DNA of 64,000 nt from Nymphaea colorata (GCF_008831285.2 NC_045138.2:5208001-5272000), one strand, 5' to 3'. Shown: positions 26,950-42,162, counted from the first letter of the stretch. A program made the numbers and translations. Notes: generated by a model from the sequence alone, not told the origin.

Positions 26950-27800
26950 ACCCCTAAAGTAAGTAACAAACCTCTTCTCAACCCCAAAAGGCAGCTTTTC
27001 CATATCCAAGAGAAATAAACATTACTTTACAGTGTTCACAAGAGAAATAAGTATTGGTGTCTGACCAAAAGAGTACATAAGGAGTTGGTGACGTCAAGAA
27101 GGCCAAGACCACCTTCTTGCATCGGAGCAAGCAGACTTCCAACTAAGTAAGTGACGTTTCCTAATATGATGAGAATCCCCCCAAATAAAATGACAATTTC
27201 TTCTCTACAAAGTTTAGTACAATAAGTGGAAGTCTAAATGCTCTCACCCAATAACCCACCACTTGCTTCAGAACATGCTTCTCATATAAGTAAGTGGATG
27301 GTCCACCTTTCTACAAAGCTTCTCACACAAGTCATGGGTGAGAGTACCAACAAATAATGGAACCCAAATAAGTAAAGGGAAGTTTAGACAACTGTCAATG
27401 AAATCAGTTTGCAATGACCATTGTGTTGTCAAGAACATTAAAATGAATAAAAAAATGAAATGAATTTATAGTCAAACTGGCTTTGGAAGTGAAATAAGGT
27501 AAAACGTGGTTTAAACAAGAAGTGGATTTTCACAACAGCCCAAAAAAATAAAAGGATGTCATTTGCAGAGAAGAAGCACCCCAGGTAAGAAGTAAATTGA
27601 GAAAGTCATTTTAGGGGCTTCCTGCTCTGCCAAAAAATTTTGAAACTATATTTGGCCCGTAAAACTCGCCATTGAAGGTTTTCAGATAAAACTTCCACAA
27701 CACAACAATAGTAAACAAAAGTGGAGAGAGAGGGTGCATTTGTCATCGGCCTCCATGGCAACAAAAAGTGGTTTCCTCCCTTCTTAAAGTTGACAACTAG
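26950..27800 (-). mobile_element. Degenerate LINE remnant, minus strand
   Basis: 27720-27790 is the reverse complement of the QGDPLSP region at 23395-23460. KLPFTYLG-like and FADD-like remnants are present on the minus strand. Confidence 0.55.
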
Positions 27801-29683
27801 AAATAATCGAGAACAGATTCATTGTCCTTAAAATACTCTTAGGGGTTGTTCGACAACATGCATGAACATTATTATGTGAGTGTTCGATGAAGGATAACAC
27901 ATAAATTTTAGTACTTTTTCATGATGCCCTAATCTTTAGAGTGGATTTATTAGACACTCATATAACATCCCAGCAAACAAATGATATCTTGACAACGCAC
28001 ACTAAATTATTGTAAGGTCTAGAAATATTAAGGAAAATTAACTCTTTCAGAGGCTTGGATTTTTAACTGCCCTTGTTTAATATAATTGGATGAAATGTCG
28101 GTTAGGCTTGTATCTTTACGTTGTCTGATGATTTTCTAAAAAAAACATTTGTGAATAGTAAACATTTATGGTTGTGGAAACCATCTTGTGAGGGTTTAGT
28201 TTATATTTTTTTAAACACTGCTATTGCACAAATCATACTTACATGGAATCAAATCAATCAAGCTGGTCAATTCAGTAAAATTGGCTATTTTAACAATTCA
28301 ATTGATTCAACTGTGAATCGGCAAAGCACTATATAAAATTTACCTTTTTTAAAACGATAATACCAAAAACATATATGTACAATTAAATGTGAGTTCGCGA
28401 CACTTAAGCTGAAATGTATGATGGGCCCTTGGGTCTTTTCTAGGTAGTGTGGTTGTTAACCTCCTGCTCTGCCAAAAATTTGGCTTAACAGTGATTCGGG
28501 TAGGATAGGTTAACTTCAGTTTGATTCCAATAATTTTGCTTTAAAGGCATTGATCCAAAGATATACATGAAAAAGTTATGAACTTCCAATAGAATCCTGT
28601 TAAGGAGGAGGCCTGAAGTGTACAAGAAGAATAGCAACAAAAACTTACACACACTTTAGAGGGTGTTTGATAATATGAACATTGTGTTCTTTGGAACCCA
28701 AACTTTCCTGTTAGAATGAGATGTCAAAAACAGAAGAGAGTTCTTAAAAGAAAACTCCAAAAGAAGAAGAATTCAACAATTCTGATTCATAATTGAATTC
28801 GGATTTGGTACAGTATTGTAACTGTGTCCGATGGATACCAGATTCCAATGGATCTGAAACCCAGCGACATGCAAAATTAACGTTGGCAAATATGGTCTGT
28901 CTCTATAGCAGAATGAGTGAGCTGTCTTACGGCATGATGGTGAGGGACTCTAGAGAAGGTAGACATGCATGCTATGATTTCTTGCTGGTTTCACACAAAT
29001 TTAAGTTTTAATTTTGACGTGGAACAACTGATACGAGCAAAGAGGCCACTGACTGAATAAAACTAGCTAATGAAGCAAGAAATACTTGGGTAGAATATTT
29101 GCCTCAAGTGCCAAGTGTCCTCGACTACTGGGCAGATTGGAGCTCTTCTTACAAGACCCCCACAACTACTTTTCTTCCTTGATGTCGGACTATTTATCTG
29201 CAAATAGCATCTCCCTCCCCCTGTCTCTCTTCATTAACACAAATAAACAATGCCACAAGTTGAAGAGAAGATGTGGGTGTCTTTTTTATCATTCTAAAAG
29301 CAATTCCATTCTCTCCTCTACTTTGTGTGAGTGTATGGCCAGCAGACAAAAGGTACTCCGTTGCAACAAATTCAAACCAAATTTACAGTATTATCATATT
29401 GGGTTTATTAGAAGTTCACATACTTAGATTCAAAATTAAGATTTGAATGCTAATGGAAGACAAGTTTATGTGAATGCAAATTTTAAATTTACAGTCTAGA
29501 TCTAATCGGATATCTAGCTTTTACATTAACATGATTGAAGTCGGAATCCAACCTTTAATTATACAATGAAATCCAGACCATATTTTCGTATGTGAAAGCA
29601 GAATTTTTTTTGTCGCAAGGACCAAATATTGTTTCAAAATTTTAAGAGGGGCTGAAATAAAAAATTTTCAAATTATATATATG

Positions 29684-29729
<46 letters not shown>

Positions 29730-30541
29730 CTTGAATTTTATACATTTACATACAAATTTTTAAAGTTTTTCAAATTTGTTACATTTACATATAAATTCAC
29801 ATCCAAATCTGATCTAGTGACATTTTTAAAATCCAAATACATCCAATTTCTTAATCGGATGTCAATTTTTTTTTTTTGTTTCCATGTCTAATGCAGTCGG
29901 ATATTGGATCCATCGACAACCTTAGCTCTAAATAGAGATTATTCATCCTCAAAAAAGAAATACCCTTATTTATTCTTGAAGAAATTCGTTGTCCTTAAAG
30001 AATAGGGTGCTTTGAGCTAATGAGAAAAAAATAAAGATACGTTGCTTGTGCCACTAGTACAGTATAGCCAAGGCAAATAATCTTACATCCCTTCCGCTCT
30101 GAATTAAAATGATAACCACTTGTAGCTTCTAAATGCGGTCACCTTAAATACGTTCGGCCTTTCTATAATTTCTATCAATGTCTATAAGTACTTTTATAAA
30201 CAAACACTTCTTGGCCTTTTTTCCTTTTCGTTTTACCCCAATTTTAAAATTCGTTCCTGAGGACATACATTTCCTTTTTTCCTATACAAAGAATTTCAGC
30301 AACTCACAAGAATACATTGGAAACTTTTCGAACACAAACTCATTTGGACAAGGACATGTTCAAAAATATTATATATAACGAAACTATTTTCTCTCTCTTA
30401 AACAAATAAATAAATTAAACAAAGTATAGGATGATTTAATAAAATGTTGTTGATCAAGTTAATTAATGTGTAAATACTGAAGGCTTCAGCCTACGAAACA
30501 GAAAAGGTTCCATAACATGATATAACAGCACCTCAACCACT

Positions 30542-33497
30542 TTAGCCTAGGATGGATAACCTCTCCCCAAGATGGTCTCTGAGTTCCTGCGGCAGATGGA
30601 GTGCTGGACAAAAGTAAATTACCAACTTTTCAAGCTTCGAGAGGCCGGCAATCTGTTCGTTTGCATCCGTGGGACATGTTGTTGCTACTGCATCATTTTC
30701 ATTTTGGTGGGTAGTAATGTCCTCCAGAGACTTCAGCTTGGGGAAGTATTGAAGCTCTAGGTATCTCAGTTTTGGGAGGCATTGCCAGTGGCCTCCCAAG
30801 CTGATGTCCTCATAGAAATAGTTTAGGTACAATGTTTCCAGTTGGGAGAGACCCCACACCCACTGAGGCACCCTTTCCAATTAGACCTCATCAACATTCG
30901 TGTCGCTCAAAGACAGAGACTTGAAGGAGGGTAGAAATGTTGATACCTCCTAAGGCTTGCACTTAGGCAGCAACTCACTGACAGACTTTGGAGCTGAGTC
31001 ACTTGACCGTCATCCCCCACCAGCTCCAATAGAGCATCAAGCAAGCCTTCTGTCTGCATCTTTGGACATTCATAAACTTCGCCTCTCTTAACCTTGGCAT
31101 TGAAGTCAATGTTGTTTCCCCTATTCCGTCTGCTGGCCACCCTTCCCAGTTGAGCAATCCTTCCGCCATCAACTCCTCAAGTAAAGGAACGTTAACAAGA
31201 GCCTTCAAGCCATTAGGTCCGTACACCTTCAACGACTTGAGAGCAGGCATGTGATGAGGTATTTGCTCTAGGCTGCAGCATTCCTCCACCTTCAATGACT
31301 CCAAGGCAGGCATGCTAGCTATTTCAAATAGTGCTGGGCAATTGATGACATTTAGTACTTTCAACGAGGTAATGCTTGTATGTTTTTCTCATAAATGGCA
31401 TCTTTCTAGCTTTAGTGAATGTAGCTTGGTATGCTCAGTATTCAAATGCCAAGATGGCATCTTTCCTTTATAATTACCTATCTCCAAGCACTCCAGCCCA
31501 AGTAGAGGTTCCAATGCCTCCAGCGCACCACTCCGTTCAGAAGCACCACACTGTTCGTCATTACTCTGTTCAGAAACACCTCCAGTAATTCGAAAGTAGA
31601 ATTCCAAACTAATTATGCCATGCTTCTCCTTAAGCAATTGCACATTTCTTGCACAACCAATTGCCTTTCTTGTCACCCCTAACCCTTGTGTCCCCTTTGT
31701 CATCCGTAAATTGGTAAGCTTCCCCAGGCCTTCCACTATAAATTTCAATTCCCACATCCATTTCATCCCAAGATACCTCAAGTTGCAGAGTTCGTCCATT
31801 TCCTTGGGCAACTCTTCAATTTTACTATAATTTGAAACCAATGTTTGCAAGTTACAGAGTCTGCAGATTGAACTGGGCAACCGTCTCACTTTAGAATTGC
31901 TTAGATTGAGATATTTTACAAGTGAAAGGTATTCAATGGACTTTGGCAGCTCATCCATTTCGCACCCCCTCAATGACAACACCCTCAACCACTTGAAATT
32001 GGTCAAGTGTTCAATATAAACCTGCAAGTAATGATTGGAATCAGCAAACAATGTGGACACCTTATTTGCTGTTTCCAAGGTATTATGCTTGTGTGCCTCT
32101 GCATTGTGTACACCAAGTAATGACAGATGGTGGGTGTGCTGAGTAGTAGAGGCATGGACATATTCCCTTCCACCTATATATAAGACAAGGTCATGCAAAA
32201 TGTGATGCAATTTGATGCTCATCAAATCAATTTCTTCAATCAAACACCGCCTTATCAAATCTTCAATGTATTGGTTTGCTGTCGCTTCAACATCTTTGCC
32301 TTACTCAATGAATCCCTACTCATTTTCTTGGTGTGCATCATGGACCCCACCATCTTAATCAGAAGTGGCAACGCACCACACTTCTTTACTAATCCCTCTC
32401 CAACAAATTTGATCTTATGCATCACCCAATCTTCGTCTGTTTACCCTTCTCTTAAAACCTCCTTCAGAAACAAGTCCCAACTTTGGTGGAAAATAAATTC
32501 TTGTAATTCATGCATATAAAAATCACCCATCCCCTCCGACACATATTTCTTTCTACTGGTAATCAAAATTTTGCTCCCATTGCACCCGCCATCAACGTAC
32601 ACCCTATCTATTCCTCCCACCATTTTAGTTCCCATACATCATCTAGGACCAACAAAATTTTTTCCTTTGAGAGCTCGTTCTGTAATTGTGTGCATAAGTC
32701 AGTCAAGGAACAATCAGTGTTTCCTCCAAAACTCTTGCACACATCCCTTAGTATCAGCCACACCAAATCCTTATGGTTTGAACTTTCCGAAACACAAACC
32801 CACCACCTGCGTTCCCAAACTATTGTTCAACTTCATTAATACCATGTTAGCAAGAGTCGTTTTACCGATCCCTCCCTTTCCAACAATGGAGATAATAGAA
32901 GCACCACCCTTCTCAGTCTTACTACAAAAGTCATTCGATGAGAGCATTTCTACTAACACCTTTTTATCATTTTCCCTGCCTATGGGCAGTTGTACACCTA
33001 TGTGATGGGTTGCCTCTTTGGGGTTGTCATGTTTACCATGAACAGGGTCCTTACCACCCCCTTGTGGTGTTGTTTTGAAACTATCCACCATGTCCCAATC
33101 TTTCTTTATTTTATCAAGCATTTCATTGATTTTCTTCATTTTGTTAACTAGTTGGTAACGAAAAGAAACATCTTCATAATAGGAAGAGGGCGCTGTGGTC
33201 AAAGACCGCTTCCGTAGCTGATCCCTCTTGCTGGCCTCAATTTTGCTTTGATATCCTTTGATGATGTCCTCGGCATCATAAAGAACATCCTTGTGCTCAA
33301 ACTCTAGTTCTCTATCGCACTCCTTGCTGAAAAAGGACTTGATCAGCATCTTTGATGGCCTTTAGGAAGATATTCAGGATCCTTTGGAGCTTCTTCAGAT
33401 CGTCTTTGGCATTCAATAAGTAGTCTTTCATCTCTTTCAACAAATTGGTTGCAGTAGAAATGGATATTTGCACAAGAGCGTCTATTACTGCCCCCAT
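30542..33497 (-). pseudogene. CC-NB-ARC-LRR (NLR) pseudogene, copy C
   Basis: CC MGAVIDALVQ...NAKDDLKKLQR, YDAEDII, P-loop GKGGIGKTTLA, GSKILITSR, CGALPL and LRRs. Frameshifts, deleted RNBS-D region, TAA at ~30881-30883. Confidence 0.9.
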
Positions 33498-36400
33498 CTC
33501 CTGCAACCCCACTCCCAGTTTCTCGGTAGATTGAAGGGCAGAGGAAGAGAAGTAATTGTCAGAAGGCTGCGAACAAAATAGGCAAAAAACTGCACATAAA
33601 GACCAGGCTGCCGAAAATTTTTCGTTGACTTATAGATTTCCACCTCCCATTGGTCTTCTCCTATTAAAATTCAAATTGAGCAGGTGGGTCCGTTTGATCA
33701 CCACCACCACCACATTATCCTCTTGCGAGTGGTAGAGCACTGAAGTAATCAACTTATGGAAGAAATTCGGCCCTTGACTGCTCAAGAAATTCCGCCTTCA
33801 ATTCTGTCAGTTGTAACTCATTGGCTTCAGTCCTTTCACGCTGTTTTGTCAATTCCTTACACTGTATTCTTCTTCTCTTCCAGAATAGCTACGTTCATAT
33901 TGCTGCTTCTTTTCTCTCTCCATTTCATTATATTTTCTTCATTCACATTAACTTTAATTCCCATCAATCGTGGTGTGATCTGTTATAATACGAGAATACA
34001 TGAGAAAAATACTCATCGGCACATTTTTTATAGGTTGTGTTAAAGAAGAAATTCAATTTCTTAATTTACTTGCTCGTAAATAATTCTGGAAGAAAATCCC
34101 CAAAGCCAAGCCTTCTACATCCCCTAGAGTTCCCCCTTTCGGACTTGTCAGATTTCTTGTTAATCTTTTATTTCATTGATTTTATTATGTAAAAATACTT
34201 TACATATATGATCTGCAATCCAAATTTATTTAGCATAAAGTTCATATTGGACTCGTTGCAAAAATACATATTGAGTCAAACAGCCATATCTTAACCTTTG
34301 TCATAATGGTAAGATTCACATAAAGTAATATGAGAGAGAGAGAGAGATAGAGGAGACCAGAAGATGATGGTTGAACCAAGTGGACAATTATATACATCTA
34401 AACGCAATGTTCAAAACTATTTTTTTGAATAACAATCTAACCTTTTAGATATTATCTTAAGAGTATTTTAGTTGTTACTAGTTGAGATTGTAAGTCTGAA
34501 GCCTTTGTACCCCATCTAATGTCATTAACAAACACACACACATACACATTACCACTTGGCTAAGGGATAAAGCCAAACGTCTTAAATTTATATTAAAAGA
34601 TATTTTAACTACACGGGCTTGGACCCTGCTAGCCTGCTACCCGGACCACTATTAACAGGTCAAGCCGCACCCGGTACCGGGTGATGAAAAGAATGCATGA
34701 GGCCTGGCCCATTTTTGCAGCCTCCGTGGCATCGCTTCTGCCAGACTGCCACTTCCTCCTGCTTCTTTCCTCCACCACTTCACACTCCGATTGGACCGGC
34801 CAAACCCAACATGCTCTTCAACCACCATCCCGCCTTCCCCATCTTACGAATGTCACCTGATTCAGCCCAACGGAGAACAGTCATTCACATCAGATTCTTT
34901 CCAATGTAGAACAACCATCCACAGAGAGAGAGAGAGAGGGAGAGAGAGAGAGAGACACGGTAGACTCGTGATAATGGAATTGATGAGTCCTCAAGCTGAG
35001 CAGTAGTTGGGCGGCGACAAATGGTTTGGATTTGGAACAAGAGGCAACAAATTGGTGATGGCATGGAAGGCACGGCCGCGCAAGCCTGGAGGTCCGATGA
35101 CGGCGATGCAGCCTGGTGAGACCCCAACGGCGAAGGAAGAAAACGAATACTAAATCGAACTTTCAATTTTTGAAAGTTTGAAACCCTTACAAATTAAACA
35201 GACTTCAAAATGTATTTAAAAATTTAAAATAAAAAAATTGTTGGGCTTACCAGGCCAGCGACTTGCTGCATGTAATGTCCGATACCTGGCCCGCAAAGTT
35301 ACCGGGCTGGGTCTGATCATACCAGCCCATGCATATGCTCGACTCCGTCAAGGGTGGCAATGACTCCTCCTCCTCCTCCCCCCAACCCAACTTTCTATTC
35401 TTGTTCCTTTTTTCCTTTTTTTTTAGGTAGGGGAGGTGATTGCCCAATGCACTGGATGTGTCAGAAGCTGGAGCATTTTAGTTTTGTTTCTTTACCATTG
35501 CCAAGTGCAGCCACTTCAGTTTTGATCTTTTGCATTCATTTTTTCATTATGAAATGTCAAAGGTGGTGGTTGGATGATTCAGTTATTTGGACGTCGAATA
35601 TTTGTTGTAGTAAGAATTCTCTAGAAGCAACTTCATGTATGTATTCACATCTATTTTGAAGTAATGAATTTGAATGCACATTCATTACTCTGAAAAAGTT
35701 AGTTGATATGAAAAAAGAAAAAAACAACACTTTAATTAAAAAAACTGAATGGGATTTATACTTAGGAAATGACTTTTGATTGGATTCGAATACGGGTTCA
35801 GTTTTAACTAAATATCCCATCATATTCTGATTCAGGTTTCTTTCGAATTCAATTTTAAATGAATTATCATACACCCAATTTATACGTTTTGAATATCTGT
35901 ACATTCTTAACATATCATAATGTGGTTTTGCTTCTTGTAGTTAAAAGTTGGATTCAGGTGTGGATCTAAATCTAAAATCAAATTTGAATTGTGAATTTAA
36001 ATCAAATTTGAATGTGGATACACCATGGATTTTTCTTCCTTAGTATTTAAATCCAAATTCAAAATCGAATTATGAATATCCGATAAATTTGATATGGTAA
36101 CATGAGATTTTATTTGAAGCCAATCCTTTAACATTCACGTGTTACTGCAATTTATTTTTTTTCTTTTTCTCATTAACAAATTGTTTAGAGTCTTTGGTAC
36201 TGAACCACATCAAGAATGCTCTGCCAAAAATCCTATTGAAGCTATCACATAGCTTTGTCGTTCATCAAAAATCCATAAATCCATTATCAAGGGAGGAAGT
36301 CAGATTCAAGATCGGTACCTTTTATCTAGTCAGGTTCAAGATCGGTACTTTTTATCTAGTCAGGTTCAAGATTAATACATACCTCGCTATTAGTTTTAGA

Positions 36401-36849
36401 CCACTACTTTAGCGACCTTTGAATCCTTCTTCTCTTGATAAAGCATTTATTTGTCATTATATTAGCAATCCCAAAAGAGTGATTTTCCTTCAGAAATGCT
36501 CCTTCGACGGGATTTGAGTACAAGAGGATTAGGGGAGGAGCTTCCTTCATCTACTTCTTCTAAAGTAGACGATTCTTCCTCATTATCTAGGCTTCATCTT
36601 ATACCTAATGATGGGAGGGGCGTCTTCTCATAATTGCCAAGATTAGATAGGATGTCTTCTTTACTATTTATACATGCAAACAAAGATTTTTTTGATAGTT
36701 TCAAAAGCATTTCAAACTTTTGAAATTAAAGGCATTGGAGACTTTGCTTAGACTCTTTCTTTATCAGCTTAAGTTTCTCTCTGACCTACAACAAATGTAA
36801 TGATGTTGTTATAATATTTAAATCATTCTCCAAACTCATTAATCCTAGT

Positions 36850-37340
36850 TTCCATCCAGGAAAGAGAATTTAAAAACGCAAAATCTCTCTTTTAATATCT
36901 CTATTTCTCTCTCCAATTTTTCTTTCTCTCTCTCTCTCTGATTTCTCTCTCTTTTTAGATCTGTCTCTCTAAAATTTCTCTTTTTTCTCTCTCTCACTCT
37001 CTCTTCAGTTCTCTCTCTCCCTTTTTTAAAATCTCTTTCTTTTTCTCTCTTTATTTTACCTCTCTTTTAATCTCACTTTTTTCTTTTTTCTTTTTTAATA
37101 TTTCTCTCTTGGATTTCTCTATTTCTCTCTCCTATTTTTCTCTATCTCTCTCTCTCTATGATTTCTCTTTCTTTTTAGATCTCTCTCTCTAAAATTTTTC
37201 TTTTTTCTTTATGTCTTCAATTCTCTCTCTCCCTTTTTAAAAATCTTTCTTTCTCTCTCTCTCTCTCTTTTACCTCTCTTTTAATCTCTCTTTTTTCTTT
37301 TTTAAACCCCCCTCTCTTTTTCTCTCTCTCCACCCCCTTT
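36850..37340. repeat. CT-rich low-complexity tract with an internal ~217-bp tandem duplication (paralog at ~51430-51900)
   Basis: The plus strand is almost purely pyrimidine; the unit containing TTTTAGATCT..CTCTAAAATTT occurs twice. Confidence 0.75.
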
Positions 37341-37564
37341 AAACAAATAATGGGTAGGACAATGGTTGAGTTAGGCAGCGTGTTACAGCCATGTCTTCAG
37401 TTTGATTCTTGGAGGGTGTTATCCTAATGGTATTGAAAAACAATGTCGATTTTAAGATTAGTGGTGCCATTATGAGGTCAACTGGACTGGTTCTTGTCTC
37501 CTCCCCCACCCACCTTTACTCCCCTCCTTTTAGACTTCTCTCCCTTTTACTCTCTCTTCTAATT

Positions 37565-37602
<38 letters not shown>

Positions 37603-40487
37603 TATATATTAAACAAAAAAGCTCCCATTTTGCATTCCCCAAAATCATTTGACTTCACCCAGGCCAATATTAAGGTGCAATACCCATGATCCTTATCATT
37701 CGGACTACACTTGGATGGCATACAACTCATTTTTGAAAACCTTTTTTTTTTAATACGCATGTTGTGGTATGAATGACTTATCTAATTTTCTTTCATGCAT
37801 AGAGAATTCTTTCTCTTTTCATTTAACTTTCATATTCACTATGCATCCAAAACATTCTTGGATACCCACAACCACTGCTTTAGGAAACCTAAGCAAAACA
37901 TGATCGAGCCTTAATAATATGGTAATGGAGTTAATAGCGGTGTTTGGGTAACAGTAAGAAGGTGAAAATTTGGTATGAGTATTGGGGATAGGGGATTCTA
38001 GAACAACTACTCAAGCAAGATGATCTTATGAAATTACACAGTCACATGCAAGCTACAGTGGAGGCAGTTCTTACCCACAAGCAAGAATTTCCTGCTAGAG
38101 ATATATTTTCTATGTCAGTCTAGTTTCTTATTAGCTCTTCTTCTCCTATTGATTGTGATGACGTTCTGACATGAGGTACTCATAATTTCATTAACTTGAG
38201 ATGAAATGGATATGAAAAAAAAACAGTAGACCATGAGATCCGGGGGTGAAGCCAGCAATTTTTTGTAGGATGGGCTGAACAGTATTTGCAAAAACTATAC
38301 AATGGCTAAACAATATTTTTCAAAAATTTTAAATCGGCCAATTTAAAAATTTATTAAAATGTAGGTATCAATTTTTTTTTCCCCAAAACATGAGGGGGAG
38401 GGGCCATGGCTCCTGCCAGTTCCCCCTCCTTCTGCCCCAGCCTACATCCTTACAATAAGATTATTTGGTAAATGAAACTTACTATCATGAGTGTCGCTGG
38501 TACATTGATGTATCAGCAGGATTGGCTTCCTAGTAATGGGCCATACTTGTGTTCATACATCCAGATTTTGGAATTTAAGACGACGGCGCAAATATTCACT
38601 AATCTTGATTAAATTGTGATGAACAGTCAACAATTTATAGAAAAAAGCTTAGTTAAAAAAACTCTCGGCTGTCTTGTTATCAATCACTAATTTTTACACG
38701 GGCTTTGCTCACCTATTTGTATAATTGAAAAGAAAGAAGTGGATCAATGGCAAAAACATTAAAAAATTTTAACTGTACAAATTTAAATAGATTTAATTTT
38801 AGGCCATTGACATGTCCACGATTGCCAAATCCCAACCATGAAAATGCAATCTACATTATTAAATTTTTCAAACAAACAAAGCTGCTTATCATGCATATCA
38901 AACTTTAGTTTTCTTTTGATTTGGAAACATGGTTTCTACCAAGATAATATTTTCCACAAATCACTTTCTTTTTCATTCATAATAATATGGGGAAAATGGA
39001 AAAGTGAGTTGTGAACAAGGTTGGCATCGAGAAAAAAGAAAGAAGTGAGAGAAATGTTTGAAAATGGAAATAAATCGGCTTGTTGTTCACTCTACGATAA
39101 TGGAAAGAGAAGGAAAATGAAGGTAGTGCGCTACAGGCATGGTCTATGATTGGTGTTAAATAAATCCGGAAAAATTCCCAATCCACAAACTTCTACATCA
39201 CCTACACTTCCTCTTTCTCACATTTGTCGGATTTCTCATTGTATTATGTAAAAGTTTGGATGCATGATTTTTCTTTTCCAAATCCAAAATTTTATTTATC
39301 CCATCCAAGTTTCATGATCTGACCATTGACTAGAAGTACAACTTGTTCGTGCCGCGAGGGAATGCCATCGACCTTGCCAAACGTAAGGCTGAACATCCCT
39401 GTTATGAAGAGACAAAGCTGATGATGTCCAGGACTGATATTAATCCAGTTGAGCTGTTTTATTTCAACAAACTCTGTTTGACAGAACCAAGAGCTCAGAA
39501 TGGAATGTGAAAGGTCTCTCTAACCATAGCAACAGGGCATGATCAAGTGGCACTAGCCACGCAAAGTTGGCTCAGACCAATTACGTACTCATGGTTAGGT
39601 TTTGTTATTAGTCTTTTGACCTATTTCATTTCAAGTGGGCTTTTTTTTTATTTCATTTCGTAGAAGTTAGAGCAAAAGAAGAGAGAAAAGCTTCACTTTG
39701 GATGCTTTCTTGATAAGTGTGTAAAATTTCTGATTTTGACTCCCTAAAGTCTATCGATAGTGGCCCCTCTTTTTTTTTTTCAAGACAGTCATTCTTTTTT
39801 TTTTAAGAAATTATTTGTTTTAAAATTTTAATGGTGTCTCAGCATTAATCAGTTTTCTTGCTTTAAAACATTAAAAAAATCAAATACCAATAATTTAACA
39901 AATATGACATAGTGTTATAAGAGAAATTATCGCTATGGTGAGAATATAATATACATGATGGGTATTATAGAATGTCTCAGAATGAGAACGTAAGTCAAAC
40001 TGTTGAGAGTGAGTCCTTATGGTCTCTTATTTGTCTAATATGTGGCTTATAGCTAGAGTATTTCTAATTTTTCAACAAAACCAGATTAGCTAAATTTAAA
40101 TTTGATTCCACCAGTAAAAAAGACAAAGTGACGAGAACATCACTTTCTTTATGAAAAAAGAAGAAGAAGAAAAATTTAGCATATTTTTATAATTAAAATT
40201 TATTAAAAAAATTGCCTCCACCATTTTCTAGGTTGGGCACATCTGATTATGGACCTGATTTTGAACTGTAGCTAGTAAAAAAGCATTGTGCCATTACTAA
40301 TCAAATTTGTGTTCCTTTATGTTTTATGCCATATTCAGGCCCGAGTCCACTTAGTGTTACGGAGATGCAACCCAATATATTTGGGATCATATGCTTCTTC
40401 GATCCAAATTCAGTTTTGAAAAGTAGAGCCCACATCTGAATCCCAAGTCCTCCCTAAATCCAAACCACTGGCACCCATAGTTGCGCA

Positions 40488-40857
40488 TAGGGATGCCTAT
40501 ATATCAGCTTTGGATAGAAAATCTAATCGATCTGTTTCGAAGAAATTGGATATGAAAAAGAAAAAAATATCCTATTAAGAAGTAGGATTGAATTCAGCTT
40601 TAATAATTGGCTTCCAATCAGATTTTCAGATATACATGAACATCCGGTTGGATTTGCATATGGATTGAATCAGATTTGTTATTATGCAAATATCCTATTC
40701 AGTTCAAAATGGGTCAATTTCAGTTCAAAATTCGTATTCAGATATGAATATGAAAATTATATTCAAATCAAATAGAATTTCTGAAATAGGATTCTAGATT
40801 TGGATTAGATATGGCTAAAGGTAAATCCAATTTGACTATGATCCATTGACATCCCTA
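40488..40857. mobile_element. hAT-like MITE, TAGGGATG family, upstream of TPS copy 1
   Basis: TAGGGATGCC...CATTGACATCCCTA. Confidence 0.7.
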
Positions 40858-41249
40858 ATTGTGGTTGAAGGGGTGGGTAGCTTTGTCCTTCCTTCCTTTC
40901 TTTCTCCTTGGCATATGACCAGTAGTGAGGTTAGTGGTTTCTTTTTGTGAAAGAGGCCTTAAAGATAGTTGGGTCTGCCACATGTTTCATCGTTCTATTC
41001 TTTTTCCTCTTCTCCCTTACATGCTTTGCTCAGAACATTGGCAGAAACACATGGTGGCTGGTGTGGGCCAGCTGCGACACCAACCCATTAAAATTTTCAT
41101 TGAAGCAATGAATACATTCCACATTTATACAAAGAATTATAACTTACACAAACACCATCTTTTAGTGCATTTTATTTTTGCTCAAAGAAAGTGTGTCAAA
41201 CGACTATAGCTTATGTAAGCAACATAATGTAAGATGTCACTCGTCATTC

Positions 41250-42095
41250 AAATTCTCTAACCATTATTGACACGCAATGTGCACTCGATTACGGCTCTCT
41301 ATAAGGTAGCAAACCATGTTCATAATAATGTTGAAAGGACATGTTGCACCACTTAAAGGTGAAGGGGTGCAATTACTCAAAAACGTGTAAAAAATAAACA
41401 TGGTCTTTCATAAAAATGGTTTTTAGTGGTGAGCATTAACAAATAAGTGTCGGATATAATGCCGTCAAAAACGTGAAGAAAGAATGCATTCTATCTATAC
41501 ACAAATAAAATAAAAGTACCAAATAACTATGGCTTAGGCAAGTGTCATAGTTTAATGCATTCCATTTATATAGAAAGAAAAAAGTATCAAACATTTATAG
41601 CTTACGCAAATAGCATATTTTTAAGAGATTGAAACTTATTAAAATTCTTTAACCATTATAGACACGCAATATACACTTGGATGCAGCTCTTTATAAGCTA
41701 GCAAACCATGTTCATAATATTGTTGAAACGGCAAGTAGCACCACTTAAAGGTGAAGGGGTGCAATTACTCAAATACTTGTAAAAAATAAACATGGTCTTT
41801 CATAAAAATGGTTTTTAGTGGTGAGCATTAACAAATAAGTGTCGGATTATAATGCATATCAAAAACTTGAAGAAAGAATGCATTCTATCTATAAAATAAA
41901 AGTGCCAAATAATTATGGCTTGGCCAAGTGTCATAGTTTAATGCTTTCTATTTATATACAAAGAAAAAAGCATTAAACATTTATAGGTTATGCAAACACC
42001 ATATTTTAATAGATTGAACCTAATTAAAATTCTCAAACCATTATAGACACGCAATCCACACTCGGATGCAGCTCTATATAAATTAGCAAACCAAT
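41250..42095 (+). repeat. ~390-bp tandem repeat (two full units plus a partial third) upstream of TPS copy 1
   Basis: AACCATTAT.GACACGCAAT...TATAA..TAGCAAACCA recurs at 41259, 41651 and 42036. Confidence 0.85.
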
Positions 42096-42162
42096 CCTGA
42101 GCTAAGTCATCCGAGAGGCAGTGAAAGCATTCAGCATTCAACAACAAACACACACTGTTCTA

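Noticed and set aside
28793..29427. ORFs conserved between the duplicate copies (MNSDLVQ...)
   Set aside because: Conservation is explained by the recent duplication. The starts are non-ATG, there is no domain similarity, and the 113-aa ORF is not kept in copy 2.
34600..35350. GC-richer island with short ORFs and a GA repeat, possibly a gene or TIR element
   Set aside because: I could not define TIRs, a TSD or a coherent reading frame; it is probably a decayed non-autonomous transposon.
39400..39470. Possible C/D-box snoRNA (TGATGA...CTGA)
   Set aside because: Box spacing is too short, and I could not recognise a terminal stem or an rRNA-complementary guide.
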